A stretch of DNA of 64,000 nt, taken from Schizochytrium sp. TIO01. Taxonomy: Eukaryota; Protista; Bigyra: Labyrinthulomycetes. The stretch lies in NCBI GenBank assembly GCA_004764695.1, contig SMSO01000037.1, forward strand, positions 1,960,747-2,024,746, in the 5' to 3' direction. Below, piece after piece: positions 10,687 through 23,833 of the stretch; the stretch's first letter is position 1, and the number at the start of each line of letters is the position of its first letter. The notes beneath the pieces are model-generated. The model saw only the letters and a program-made list of their open reading frames with translations. It made no database searches and was not told the DNA's origin. A program made the translations under genes and the position numbers.

Positions 10687-13158
10687 GGGTGATGCTTCTT
10701 GGTTTACTTATGTTATTGACTACAGAAATATACCACCAACAGGCTAACGACATTGTATTTTAACAATATAAATCTTAAAATATATTCACGAGAAGAAATA
10801 TTCTGAATAGGTTTTGTAATGGTAAACGAGTAGACTCCCCTCACAGCTCACTTCGGATATAAAATACCAGCTTTCAAAAGTATTCAATTCAATTGACCCA
10901 ACTAATATACTGTCAGCTGAATCTTGTGTTGGATGAAGCTTGGTACTGTATCAGTGACTGTGTAACACAAATCCTACTAGCCATAGACAAGAAGTATGAT
11001 TTAATATCAATGCAATATTGGTTAGCAATGGATTGAGTTTCTAGAGTTCTTGTTTTAGCAATCTCAAAACAGAATAGGGTGTTCAAGTACTATCAACAAT
11101 TCTATAACACATACTATAATAATAATCTCGCTACTAGTTTACATGATTATTTTCATTATTTTCATTTTTGTTTGTTTTGTACAAGTATGAATAAGCAAAC
11201 GAACGGATCAATGAAAGAAGAATTTCCGCGTACGTAGAAGCTGTCTCATATTTCCAAGCTTCTGATCTCATAGCGAAATTTATGTACTTCATGTATAAAT
11301 GCTTGAAGAAGCTTCTTTTATAGACTTGGTTGCACATAAAACATACCAAAACTGTCTTGATTTGTGTCACCTAAAGCGCCAACTGCGAGATTGCTGATAG
11401 TCTTGACATGGTCAATTGACTCGGGCCTTGTCTGTGTTCCCAAAGGCTTGCAGGCCGGCAGCCACCATAGAGACGGCTGTGGCAAGGCAAGATTCTCTAT
11501 TCGCGAGACGAGGCAGAATAGCGTTTCCAAAGGCCCTGAGTTGGTCGCAGCGACAGTGCAGGCGGTCAATGACAGGAGCAAAGCTACTAACACGAGACTA
11601 TGCTGCGCTTTCCCCCTCATTTGCCTCGACTCTTTTTAACCTAGACGTGGGCCAACTTCCCAAGTGATGCACTACAAACACAAAGGTATGGCGCACTTTG
11701 CGCTTCTTCGTGCCTTGCAGTACAGTATAACTGGGTGCCTTTTCCAATTCATCAAAGTTGTCCTCATCATATGATGGTTTCTCTAAGTCTGAAGTACATC
11801 TCCCGTAACCGATTTCTGTAGCAGTGAATTAAGTTTCATGTAACGGTAATAACCGGTCCGTCCTTAAGTCATGGCACACAAAATTTCAGACGACATGGTA
11901 TGATTTTATTATTCTGAAGAAATGCTTTGGTTCAACTTTAATGGATCGGGCATCATTTGCTTAGATCACATACGAATACTAATACTATTGTTCTGATTAA
12001 TGAGCTCCAGTGGAAAAATCAATTATATGGCTGAAATGTAAGAATGACAACAAAATGGCCAGAATTCCCTCGTGTCTGCTTCGCATTTGGTTGAGTTTTC
12101 GCAACCTCCGACTTCTGAGTTGGATTGCTTCCACACGAATGACATGTGACTGACAAAATCAATTGTTGGTTCCACTCAACCTCAAATTGACCAAGAAGCC
12201 TTAAGTTCGGACTCAATCATGGCCACTTATCGCACGTGCGTCGAGCAGTTATCGAAACCTGAAATGAGACCAACTACTATCTCGCTAGACAAGCAAGTTA
12301 AACCTGGACAATTGCAATACTCGGGGACTGAACCACCTCCATCTCGGTCAGCATCTCTATCACCGTGGACGAGGTGGTGATGTTGTTGATGTAGTATACC
12401 CGACCAATTCTTCTTCTGAAAGAGCTTTCGTGAAACTCCTCTTCTTCCAAGGGCTCTACTCGACCTACCTAGTCGCTATCATAAGCATTGGTAGAAAGGG
12501 ACAGACAGTGTGATCAAGTTAGATAGGTTACAGACCACGGCGGTGGCGCTAACTTGAGTTTTGCTCATGGTCCTACAAAAATCATCGCGACTCACTCAAT
12601 CTGGGCCAAACCAGCAGCAAATCCAAATCGAAAACCGATAGCAGCACAGAGACGCCAGCGAGGGACCGCGCACGAGGGAACTACAGGGCCCCAGAGTTAC
12701 TTACCTCTTTCCAATAGTTTTCCTTAGCAGGGTGTGGCTTTTTTGATTGTGCACGTGCTGGTAGCTGTCGTAGGACTGGATAGGCGAAGGTTAAGAGGGG
12801 CCTGGCAGAAGCAGTAGCAGCGCACCTCTTCATCGTAATCATCTGAGAGTCCATTCTTCTGGCTTCTGCGAGAGGTGTCTTCAGAGCCCATTCTTGACGA
12901 GTAACTCCTGCACATTTGCTTTGGGCTGCGTCAAGGCTTAGCTGGAGAAGTGCCACGACTGGAGAGACTTTTTGGTCCTCTTGGTTGAGCAGGTAGTAAA
13001 GGCACCATTCTGTTTGCCAGTTGTCAAGCAGCAAGCATCAAGTACCGGCTGGAGTACCTTCTCTGGATTTTTTCTCTACGTACGAGGCATTCGCGAAACT
13101 GCAAAGAGAATCAGGTTCATTGCTTGGGGAACAATTCTGACCTTGACAAGCAGAGACA

Positions 13159-13530
13159 ATGCGTGTGAGCTTCTTTGGAATTTTCAGTTACCTGCGCCGC
13201 AAATCACGTGAGCGTCGTGAATCTCGAAGATTGAGCCGTCAAGCAAGCCGTCAGGCAAAGTGGATGCAAGAGCAGCGCAGCAATGAAAATGATATGCTGG
13301 TGAATATGGGCACGACTCTTCATGGGGATGAGTTTCATACAAAATCTGCAGGCCGATCGAACAGGGCATCGGCCCCAGCGCGAGCAACCAGGAGAAAAGG
13401 AGATTCTTCAAGGAGGGCGGCCAGTCGTCGTGTGTCGGAGAACTTTGTCCGAACCATTACTTACAATGATTACATTAGCCACCAACAGCAACAAGAGGAT
13501 GACCCATACCGCGGAGCCCGCATCTTCTAA
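13159..13530 (+). CDS. Small basic (Arg/Ser-rich) hypothetical protein
   Basis: 123-aa ATG ORF with coding-like composition; no recognised family. Confidence 0.4.
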   Translation: MRVSFFGIFSYLRRKSRERRESRRLSRQASRQAKWMQEQRSNENDMLVNMGTTLHGDEFHTKSAGRSNRASAPARATRRKGDSSRRAASRRVSENFVRTITYNDYISHQQQQEDDPYRGARIF

Positions 13531-13749
13531 TTACAATAGTCTTTCGCAGAGGCACTATTATTCAAGTTTTCTGTGATGAGCTGGCTCATGGCGTGGTTAC
13601 TAACTTCTGCCAACAGAGCATCACGCGCTTGATGTTCCTTCGGCTCTGCAAACGGGTTTGCGTGGAGCTTACTCACTTTCTCTCTTGCATATTGCCTTCT
13701 TGCAAAGCTGACTCGGGTACATTGGTTTTCACGTTTTGTGCAGTATACG

Positions 13750-13769
13750 TGTTGTTGTTGTTGTTGTTA

Positions 13770-13807
<38 letters not shown>
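13750..13807. repeat. Compound trinucleotide microsatellite (TTG)n(CTG)n
   Basis: Directly visible. Confidence 0.95.
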
Positions 13808-13809
<2 letters not shown>

Positions 13810-16800
13810 CAACTTTTTTCTTGTTTCTTAATTCATATGTCGGGCTCAAAGGTGCATGATCCAAGAAGAATCTGTCCTACATTTGCTCGACTTTTCAAAA
13901 TCGATGTTTTTGTTGTCTATTACTCATTCTTATTCCTGTTGTTTCTCTGACTCTTGTTCAAATTTTAGCATATCAATAGGTCGCCCAATAACTTTCGCAC
14001 CAATTGCTGCAATTTCCCTACAAATTTAATGGACTGTGCAACAATAAGCAAACATGTGTGCTTGTTAGGTTGTCTCTTGATCAGACAATATGTTTGCCAC
14101 GCGTGTGCTTAGTATGCTTATTTACTAAATGACAAGAAACCCACGCAAAAGGAGTTTATCTAAGTCACGTGTGAGTCGGCCATCCTCAAAAGTATTGGCT
14201 GCCCCTGAAAGCCAAATGTGCGCACTCTTTCTTTTTCTTCTTAAATGATACAATAGATGTGATACTAATTACTTAATTATTGCAAATCTATCCGGAACTG
14301 TGAAGTTCATGCCGGCGATGCTTTTTCTTAGCTTTGACCTCATTCTGATAACGTGTTAACATGCTTCTAAAGGTGTCCATAGGCGATAGATCTATTGGCA
14401 TATTTCCATGTTAACATACAACAGGGAAATCCCTTTGCAGCAAAAATTGTTCGAAATCTGCTGAAATGAGATGCTCGAAAAGTTAAGGATATATATATAC
14501 AATGACATCAAAATATCTTCCATTTGTTCTCTGTTAGTTCTTTTTTTTAAAGCACAATATACGTATCAAGGCTGCAAATTTTAGTGGATCATATAGTAAA
14601 CCTGCTGAACGTAAAATTTATGCCTCCTAATTGCATACTTGTTGAATCAAGATTGGTATGGGCTAAGTTAGCTATTGCTTTTGCGGCGTTGCCACAAAGC
14701 TTTGATTATTTGTGCAATACATTCAGTGACTTGTATCCCCACAATGTATTTGCAATTCGTAAACCCGAAAAGCCAATCTGTTAGTCAGCATGATTGGCAA
14801 GCTGTAGAGTCGAAACTTTAGATGATGAGGGCATATTTGCTCAATGGTGAAGCATTCTGTTTCTGTATAGCTTGCTGTCCGCGTGCTAATGTTATGTATT
14901 TTGTCATGCAAATGGATACATTTTCATAACCAATTCTTTATCTTTGTCTAAAAGAGAGAAAAAGATAATAATTGAAATGTCGCAAGCAATGGTTTTACTC
15001 TGGCGTATTGAAAGTAGAACTTAAAAGTCAGAGCCTTTGTTGTTTTGTCTCCAATATTATGCAGTGCCTAGTTTCCTTTTCATTCGAAGATATCAGTTTT
15101 TATTTGGACTCTCTCCTAACTAATACCTAGCCTTTGACTGGCGACAGTAGCTACCTCGTTTTGCAAGCTGGCTCTTTGGTAAACTCTTTTGTGATTGTAC
15201 TACATCTCTCATTCAATATTGATGGATCACTGGTGCCTTGCAACTTGATACTTCACTCCTACACAGATATCCTTGACTCGTTTCAAATTGACTTAATGCG
15301 GAAGACTTACGACGTAGGTTCACTGCTTACCGCTTGAATGTTCACATTCACAAAATGCGCGAATTTCTCGGAAAGCATTTAATATAACGCAAATGATTGA
15401 AACACAATTCATCTGTTCGATGTCTTATAGACGATATGTCTTCACTACTCTAACGATTCAACATAATGCGTGTGATTGACCTTCCTCGCCGTTTGCAATA
15501 ATGAAGATGATATCGAAGCATATGTTAATCATAGAGGAATTCGTAGCGCATAAGCAGCGAAGTTGTCTTCATCTCCATGAACCCCTCAGGCAATCAATCA
15601 ACCAGTTCCAAAGTGCCCTCGTCAAGCCTTTGTGGTGCCAAGATCCTAGAGAGGCTTAGTGCCTATTTACCTCTAGAGCTAGGTTCGCATGACTCAAAAG
15701 TGGAAAGCTGGAAATAAAGGACACGCACCAGCTTGAAGGAACTTCGACTCGAAAGGAAGCTCCGGCCGCGAGCGAGCCCACCACTCAAAGTACTCCATCC
15801 GAATTGTTTTGGTTCACACACATTCCCTGATCATTCGTGGCATGCCTCTGAGCCTCTGCAATTTAGTTCGTAGTTTAGAGTGCGATCGAGGGCATGCCAT
15901 CAGCGTTCCTGCAGCTGACGTGACGCTTCATGCGCTGCTGGCGAGTCCTGGCTTCAGGAGATTCAGTTTCACTACCTCCTACTAGGCCTGTCTATGAAAG
16001 AAACTTTAATTCTTCTTTGTATTTTGTATTTTTTAAAATTAAAAATCAAACTTATTTTTAAAAAATTAATCAAACATATTCACATAACATCGCATATCAA
16101 AGGTTAATTATTATTTAGAAAAATAAAAATAAATAAAAATAAGAAAAACAATGAAATTGGCGGAATGGGTGTGTACTCTTTTGCAAATTTTCTAGAGGTG
16201 ATATCGCCTTCTACTTTGTCTCTACAACTTACCTAGCATCTAGGGCCTCCAAAAAGGGCTTCTCGGGGAAACTTTCTTTATGAATGTCATGCGGCTGCGC
16301 CCATTTCACTTGATCAAGCAGCTTTGCAACGCAACTAAACAACGCTTCATTAGCCACCCGAAATAATGCTATGTTGTTCCTGGGCGCCGGGAAGCTGACG
16401 GGACCGCAAGCCGCATTTCCGCGATCATAAAGAAGGACACCAGGCCCTCCGAGCGTAGCGATAAGCTTCCGATTACCTTCTTTTGCGTGTGACAGATTCC
16501 CGTGACAAAAGTAGTAATCTTCAAATTGCCTAAGAATATCCTGATGGCAAAGGATCTTGAATTCGGGGCAACAAAACCCTTTTTTTGACAAAACAGTATC
16601 GAGTTTCAATTGTCTACAAATTCAAAACGTATCGACCAAAAGGACACTTTCGAGAACTTCTAGACCCTTGCAAAAAGACGGAGCAGGAGGCTAAAGCTAA
16701 TTTCGCACATACAAAGACCTAGGTACTAAGAGCTACAAAGGTTTCGAGAGCAACAGATCCCCATCACCTCGAAAGACGCAACAGCGACTTACAGTAGATA

Positions 16801-19388
16801 TAGGAAAAGGAGAACTTGGCAAATAGAACTATCGTTAGAAGGAACCTTCAAGAATCATCCCTTTTTCTTATCCAGAAAATTGAAGAAAGAGCCCGTCACA
16901 ATCAAAGTGGGAGTAGTGTTCTCAGATCTAGTAGGGCATATATTACTGTCTGAGTGAGGCACAATTTGAAAACGGAAAACACTTCAAGATCGATCCTTGG
17001 TGCGCACGCGCCCGTGCTAAACAGTACAATACTGTGTTACACCATCGTTGAGCAATTTAACAAAGTGGAACCGTTTTGAAGGATCACTCGAGCTTGTTAA
17101 GAGTTAACACAAACAAACAATAAGCAAGCAACAGAACCTAAGTGAAAGCTGTCAAGGGTGTGGACCTTTGCAATAAAGCCCAGCTAACAGAATTAAAAAA
17201 CATAGAAAGAATTTGCAGCATCAAGGCCTCATATTGGAAGGAACCAACAGCCCCATCAGTGTTTACTAATTGGAAATAGCTATAGCGCATTTGAGTTCCT
17301 GTAGTAAAACCCAAAGCCACGTAGAGCACCGCCGCACCTCGGCTGCACTCTTCCCTAGCGTGACAACCCTGACATTATCTATAGTGGATCCACTTGAATC
17401 ATATAAAGGCACTCGAGGGGCACGTGCCAGTAATAACGCACTCTGTGCACGCGCCGGCGCACTGTATGTAGAGCTAAGAGTCTTAGTTGGAATAATTGAG
17501 TACTACTAGTCAGTCTGACTTACTCATAAATACTTTCAAGTAAGACGAGAAAGGAGGGGACTTTAATTCATTTATTCATACATAATTGAAAGCGCCATCG
17601 CCGCCATCGCGAGGGTCCCGTGGCGAGCAGAGTTGACAAGGCTGCTGCTGGAGCCTTGGCAAAGGGGCATTCCCGCTTCGTTAGGCAGGACGACCGTGGC
17701 CAAGGCAGGCGAACCTAGTTGGGGTTGGCTGACTGGTTTTTTCGTTGGCTGCTCGATTGATTGTCCAGATCGCTCCCGAGGTTCTCGAGGCGCGTTCAAG
17801 AAAGAACAAACGAGAGAAAGAACAAACGAGAGAAAAGAAAAGTCGGTCGTTGGCAGGTAGGTGTTGAGGCGCGCAGCCTCCGGGAAGGGCTTCAAACGAT
17901 ACCCAAGAACGGAGCAAGCCAAAGCAAAGCGAGAGAACGTGAAGGCCTCTGATACCCGTAGATAAAAGTCTTACTTTTTTCTTCACTCTTTCAAACACCT
18001 TGGAAAGAGCGAAAGACGCGGAAGGACGTGTGTGCCGAGCGGGACTGTGAGAGAGGCACCCAGCGATTCGTCTTTCAACGGCAGACCTTGAAAAGCTACC
18101 TAGGAGGGATTGAAGGAGTACACGTAGCGCATTACTTTGGAAGTCTGGTGAATAACGGGATCGAAGGCTTGTTGTGACCTCGGTATCGTAGCGAGACAGA
18201 CTCTCGGACCTTTCTCTTGGAACGAAACGACGCGGTAGTGCATCTGTAAAATTGAGAAAAGTGCTGCTAGAGGAAATTTAAACTCTTTGTATGGCTCAAA
18301 CTGTAAATTGGCCAGAAAGTAAGGGAAGACTAGCAACTACGCCGACAATCCGGCAGTCTAGCTGCCAGGCGGGACGTTGGTTTGTATCTTGACTCAAAGC
18401 TGTGAGACTCTTCAACAAGTGGCGTAAGGCCAAAAATCCTCTTGCCATCCTATAAAGGTTGGCCACGCGCCCATATACCCTCGCTCACTCAATTCAAATT
18501 GCATCCATTCTCAAGTGGAAAATAAGTTCGCTGCTAAGTGTTTAATTATTGACGGGCCAGTCAAATCACAGCAGTGGTAGTAATTATCATAGGCAGTCCG
18601 AAAGTGAATGCTGCGAAGCTGTGTTTCGGAGACCGTCCGGTGATACTGCATAGCAGTTCTCGAGCTTTCCTCTTGCACGCTGTATAATCTGCAAGTAAGC
18701 AACTCAAAGAGCAAAACAAGCAAGTAAAGAAGTTTGAGCAAACAAGCAGGCTATACTGTTACTCAGCGCACCCTTTTGCGGGTAAGAATTACCCTACAGA
18801 AAAGGAACTCTAAAACAATCTGGTAGTCTAGGCAGGTACCTACTGCTGCATTTTTTGCCAAAGTAAGCTGCTCTTTCCATTGTCACCGTTATTGTTATTC
18901 CTGCTGTCAGGGCTGTTGCAGTTGGAAGCATCAATACCATAAATACATTTACAGAAGTGCAAGTGGCTCACTTTTGGCTTCACGCTCTCGGGATCAATCA
19001 AGGCGTGACGCCTTTTCTGAGGCCGCTGCTGTCCCTCTGCAAACGAGCTGCGCGATTTCGTGAAAAACCAAACAACAATTGGACTAAATCGACAAGTGAA
19101 CTCGAGCTCGCCGCACTCAAACTGTCTATCTCTAGCCGAGTGATTATAGCCGTCATTTCTCACCAAAGATTCCTTTGCGGACGTTCAAGACACAAAGTGG
19201 CTTGATTCCCATCCAGAAGTAACTGCACTATAGTTGTCTGGTCTACAATTTCAGGGATAGGCATAGCTAAAGTGCGACTTTGATATCCAAGCGGCGAACT
19301 TTGTTCTACCGCGCCAACCAGACCTTGCAATCTCAAAACGATTGTGAAGGATAAAAGCTAGTTTTGTAACAATCCCGCAGAAAGCCAA

Positions 19389-20369
19389 ATGTCGCGCAGC
19401 AAAGAATACTGTCGTATCCAAGAGGCAGCCTCATTGTCAGACTTACACCGCCTCGAACCAGCATGTTGGGTTGCTCACATTCGTGCTTCGTCAAAATTGA
19501 TTAAAGACAGACTAGCCGTCCAGCTTGCTGGTCAGGAAGGTCCTCAGCTTAGTGCTCAATTCTCCATGCTAGGTGCAAACTTCATGAACGACATAGTTGA
19601 ACTCAGAACAGTGTATGTAGACCATGTTGTTCAAGATTTTGCTGAAGCAGGGGGGCGACAGATTGTCATTCTTGGCGCCGGTATGGATACACGGGCATGG
19701 CGTTTGATGAAGCTTCACTCACGAGGAATGACTGTCTTCGAGCTTGATGAACAACCTATTCTGGATGTAAAGCGTGAGCGTCTTGGAAAAGAAGTTATTG
19801 CAAAGACATTATGCCGGCGAGTTGAAGTCCCTAAAGACTTTGGGGATGATGATTGGGATGAAGCTCTGTTAGATAAAGGTTTCGACAAGTCGCAGCGTTC
19901 TCTATTTATTCTTGAAGGGGTTTCAATGTACATGACCGAAAGTGCATTTGATCAGACTCTTAAGAAAACTGCAGCTCTTTCTGCACCCGATAGCGTCATC
20001 GTCGGAGATTGGGTACCGCGGCTGACAATCCAGAACAAGGTTCCTGGACCTGCACAGGAAATTCTACGTGTTTTTGCAAGAGATTATGATCGACCTTGGC
20101 TTTTTGGACCTCGCAATGAAAAGGTGTTCAATAAGATGCTGGCTCAGGTTGGCTTCTCAACAGTTGAACAACTAACATCCAAAGGTCTTGAACGTGAGGT
20201 GAATGAGATTTGCCCATCTCCGTATAGACCTACTTTTGAAGTACGCCCGAAAAAGATTTCCCTGGGAGCCTACGTTGTCTGGACGCTTTGTACATATGGC
20301 CCGGCTAGAATTTGCGCTGGGGCTCCAGCAGACATTGGCCTTCGTGTGTATATGGCTACCTTTGAATGA
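19389..20369 (+). CDS. Class I SAM-dependent methyltransferase, leucine carboxyl methyltransferase (LCM/ML2640-like) family
   Basis: RTVYVD, QIVILGAGMDTRAWRL, VFELD...K and FILEGVSMY motifs. Confidence 0.85.
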   Translation: MSRSKEYCRIQEAASLSDLHRLEPACWVAHIRASSKLIKDRLAVQLAGQEGPQLSAQFSMLGANFMNDIVELRTVYVDHVVQDFAEAGGRQIVILGAGMDTRAWRLMKLHSRGMTVFELDEQPILDVKRERLGKEVIAKTLCRRVEVPKDFGDDDWDEALLDKGFDKSQRSLFILEGVSMYMTESAFDQTLKKTAALSAPDSVIVGDWVPRLTIQNKVPGPAQEILRVFARDYDRPWLFGPRNEKVFNKMLAQVGFSTVEQLTSKGLEREVNEICPSPYRPTFEVRPKKISLGAYVVWTLCTYGPARICAGAPADIGLRVYMATFE

Positions 20370-20848
20370 GTGTACTCAAACTAAGTTGCTGCAAGTCACT
20401 CAATGTGTTTTCTCACACCAAATCTTCACGGGCATTTATGAGCCGTTAGGCTCGCTATGAGCTCAATACCTACTTCCGCCATGGTTGTATGATGTGTGTT
20501 GTTTTGGCGTTTTGTGTTTTTGTTGATGAAAAGTTTCTTGACCCCTTGCGTGTTTCTAAAGGGGACTGAGGGACTTTGTTTATTGTGAGAATTGTCTTCG
20601 ATACACAATTTCCTAAATTAAATGAAAATAATACAATTTATGAAATTTAGTCATATTAGTATAGCCACATTATTGGTCATGAATTACATTATTTCAGTCT
20701 CTGAGACTAAGGATCCTGAAATAGATGAAACGAGACAATTTAAAACCTGTCACTTTCGTCTAAGCTCATCTCGTCGTTGGATAGTCTCACGTTGATTGAT
20801 TAGCAAATAAGTCAGTCCAGGTGGAATCAAGTAGCATTCTTTAACTCT

Positions 20849-22603
20849 TCATGGGTTCTTTCTTTGTGGACCACTAGCGGTCATGCGACCGACGTAGTTC
20901 TGGGCTAATTGTTTCTCGTGTTTGACCACCTGTAACCTGCAGGCACGAATTAAATCCTGCAGGCAATCGTTTTGTACGTTCATAACAACCTCTCGCTCCA
21001 TTATCTGCGCAACATATTCATTTGCCATTTCTTCTAAGCCATCTCCTGACACATAGGAAGTATAGTAGTTTTCTCTAGCAAGCTCGATGGCGGGACCCGT
21101 ATCTGCTTGAAGTTGGCGAATGTGACGAAGAGTGACACGTCTCACTTCGAGCCAACGAGGGCTCAATTGGATATCAAGACGATGTAAACGCTTATCAAGG
21201 TCATTGAGTTGATGAAGCAAGTCTAGCTGCTGAGATTCAAGCTCTCCCATGAGATGCTCATAGCTTTGCACATACTGGTCATGCCCTTGCTCAACATATT
21301 TGATCTCTCCTGGCAAATTACGTTGTGCAAGTGATGCTTTTGCATCAGCCAATGCAGCAGAAACTGGTTTCCCACGCGCTCTTACAGTATCAAAGTGGGT
21401 GCCCACCCGTTTTCCAGCGAAAGGGGAAAGAGGGTCATCCACATCTACTTCTTGATACTTCTTTTTGCTTGGCGTCTGGGTCTTTCCTATTTTGGCACCT
21501 TTCTTCTTCTTGTTTTGGGATCTCGTCTCGAATGACATAGATTCAGGCTGACGGTCAGGTCTGGCATGTCTATGTCCCCTTGCTAGACGGCGACCTGGTT
21601 TCCTTGACGTGCTCCTAAGGGATGTAGTTGACGAGGAGTTGTCATCCACACCACTGCTACGTTGCTGAGTTTGTGGCAATTTAGATGGTTTTGTTAAATT
21701 CTTTTCTGCCATATTCCCCGATGAAGAACTTAGTGAGTCAGCAGAAGAGATCGAACTCTGCGTCCAAGAAAGAGATTCATTGTGGTATTCTTGCAACCCG
21801 TCTAGGCCAAGGTCATCAGAATAGTATGAAGTGGGCCCCTGCTGATATCGTATGGACTTAACATCCTCTGCATTGGCACAGCCAAAATTATCATCTTCTT
21901 GAAGAGGTGTTCCTTGGAGCTCTGTATGCACCAGGTTCTTCGCTGATGTTTCAGCAGCGTCAGAAGCTATACTTGACAAAATACTTATCTCATCATCTCC
22001 AGATAGCCTCTGGCTAATCCACTGAGAACGACGGCTTTCAACTGACGACAATGATGCTGCCCTTCTGCGAGATGTTTGTAGGATTTTATCGGAGCGGGCA
22101 AGAACTCGCCGATGATTCTCCCTACTTTGTTCTAGCGATGCTGAGAGGTAGTCATGGAAAGCAGATGATGTTGCGGACATGGTGGAATGTTCATGTTGTC
22201 GACTTTTCTGCAGCTCAATACTCGACGACCCAGAGGGTTTGCGTTGCTGTTCTGAAGGAGGATAGTGGTTACTTGACATCGCTAAGCTATTCTCGTTAGC
22301 TAATGCGTCCCACCAGACTGCAGTTTGTGAGCTCATCTGAGGGACTCGATTCTGCGGCGTCGGCGCTACATTAGTTCTACACTCCGCATGCTCTTTCTTC
22401 AGATTCCCATGCGCATATAAAGCTTTATGACTCGTACTTTGGTTCTCAAAGAAATTCGCACTGCTGTTTTTCTCGTTTCTGTAATCCTCACGAGGCTCCG
22501 TAGAGGTGGTGGAAGGCCTACCGTCGAAAAACGAGACGCTGCCGTCGCGGTGAATGCGAGCGCACACGCGCCAGCCCTGAGGCGTCTTTCCTCTGCGCGA
22601 CAT
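20849..22603 (-). CDS. Hypothetical protein, Ser-rich disordered N-terminus and C-terminal coiled coil
   Basis: 584-aa uninterrupted ATG ORF. Confidence 0.75.
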   Translation of the reverse strand: MSRRGKTPQGWRVCARIHRDGSVSFFDGRPSTTSTEPREDYRNEKNSSANFFENQSTSHKALYAHGNLKKEHAECRTNVAPTPQNRVPQMSSQTAVWWDALANENSLAMSSNHYPPSEQQRKPSGSSSIELQKSRQHEHSTMSATSSAFHDYLSASLEQSRENHRRVLARSDKILQTSRRRAASLSSVESRRSQWISQRLSGDDEISILSSIASDAAETSAKNLVHTELQGTPLQEDDNFGCANAEDVKSIRYQQGPTSYYSDDLGLDGLQEYHNESLSWTQSSISSADSLSSSSGNMAEKNLTKPSKLPQTQQRSSGVDDNSSSTTSLRSTSRKPGRRLARGHRHARPDRQPESMSFETRSQNKKKKGAKIGKTQTPSKKKYQEVDVDDPLSPFAGKRVGTHFDTVRARGKPVSAALADAKASLAQRNLPGEIKYVEQGHDQYVQSYEHLMGELESQQLDLLHQLNDLDKRLHRLDIQLSPRWLEVRRVTLRHIRQLQADTGPAIELARENYYTSYVSGDGLEEMANEYVAQIMEREVVMNVQNDCLQDLIRACRLQVVKHEKQLAQNYVGRMTASGPQRKNP

Positions 22604-23179
22604 GCCCCCTTCCTCGGGCGGCCTTGCGAAGAGGCCTTTGGATTTGCAGTGAGACTCTCGGGAAAGGTCGTTTGTTCATTATAAATATTGGAAAAGTAAA
22701 TAATAATAAGCGGAGCGTTACTTTTCAAGCTGCCACGAAGGCAGCTCCGTTCAGCCTCGCTGCAACTCGAGCTCTCCTTCTGTACCTCCAAGGGTTCTAG
22801 GCTTCTTTGATTGTTCTTTGCCGGGTCCCACAAGAGGTTCTCTCTCGCATACTTGAACCACACCTCGGCAACCCGCGGCTACCTTCACCGCCAGCGCACA
22901 GTTTTGGGAGCGAGAATTCAAAGGTTCTTGGTCCACCGCGGCGAGGATTTTGCTATTTTTAAATTTATACAGGTTCTGAAAGGCATCTGGAAGCATTGGG
23001 CATCGAAGAGGAGGCGCTTCCCAACCATCATAGCTAGAGAAATGGCGATGAGCTTGAAGGAGTTGAGTGCCAAAATAAAACAGTCGTACTAGTTTACGAG
23101 TCAACTGCGATCTGAGAGAGGCACCTGGACGCAGTGGACCTGCTGCAGAAGTTTGCTAGATTGCAAAAAGCTTCAGGCA

Positions 23180-23833
23180 ATGAGTAAGCCCAGCGAAGTT
23201 ACGGCCAAGCTCGATGCACTTCGCACGAGAGTGATGGCGGTGGCCCAGAAGGTTCTCAAGGAGGAGATGCCTCTGAAGGTGGTTGTTCTGAGTGATTTAC
23301 ACGAAGAACTTTTGGATAAGAGGTCAAAGAAAATGCACGTTGTGGACCTTGACACAATCAAAAGCTATAGAGAAGATCCGAAGATGCAGATTCCTGTCAA
23401 CCAGGTGGTGATGCAGGCCGCCAACCGCGTGGCAGATGAGATTCGTGATGTTCTCGTGCAGGCCGGGTCACTGAAGACTTGGGTGGAACTCAGTATGCCG
23501 CGCATGGAGGATGGTAACAACTTTGGTGTTGAGGTTCAAATGGAGGTTATTGAAATGATCAATGCACTCTACAAGTCGGGTCGCCAAACTCTGGCGAACC
23601 TAATGCTCTACAACCGCTCAAGAGGCAAGCTTTTGTCTAACATGCGTAAGCGCGCTCACCTCGATGACTACCCCGCCAGCATTTTGACCGTAGATGATGT
23701 ATATTTCTCTATGCTCATCCAGCACTGCTTTGACCTTCGCAATAGCATCGTGGTGCTTCAGGATACTATGATGAAGAACATCGAGAAGCTTCGCAAGCCC
23801 AAGGGCGACATGCAGTCTGTCTTTGTGTATTAA
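23180..23833 (+). CDS. PSME3: Proteasome activator PA28/REG (11S) subunit
   Basis: Activation-loop motif MPRMEDGNNFGVEVQ and C-terminal KNIEKLRKPKG..VY; ATG at 23180. The family is secure, the paralogue name is approximate. Confidence 0.88.
   Translation: MSKPSEVTAKLDALRTRVMAVAQKVLKEEMPLKVVVLSDLHEELLDKRSKKMHVVDLDTIKSYREDPKMQIPVNQVVMQAANRVADEIRDVLVQAGSLKTWVELSMPRMEDGNNFGVEVQMEVIEMINALYKSGRQTLANLMLYNRSRGKLLSNMRKRAHLDDYPASILTVDDVYFSMLIQHCFDLRNSIVVLQDTMMKNIEKLRKPKGDMQSVFVY

Noticed and set aside
12300-13034. Possible spliced minus-strand gene (GTAAGT donor near 12700)
   Set aside because: No ATG start, no recognisable domain, and the acceptor is ambiguous.
13593-13950. Poly-Leu, poly-Cys and poly-Ser/Asn ORFs
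   Set aside because: Artefacts of the (TTG)n(CTG)n microsatellite.
20430-20482. tRNA-like 3' end (…CTCAATACCTACTTCCGCCA) with a small hairpin
   Set aside because: No matching acceptor stem, D-arm or GTTCRA T-loop could be built.
22811-23179. 93-aa ORF in frame with PA28 and separated by one TAG (possible readthrough)
   Set aside because: It starts with TTG, has no PA28 similarity, and a downstream stop cannot extend an N-terminus without an upstream ATG. PA28 is complete from ATG 23180.
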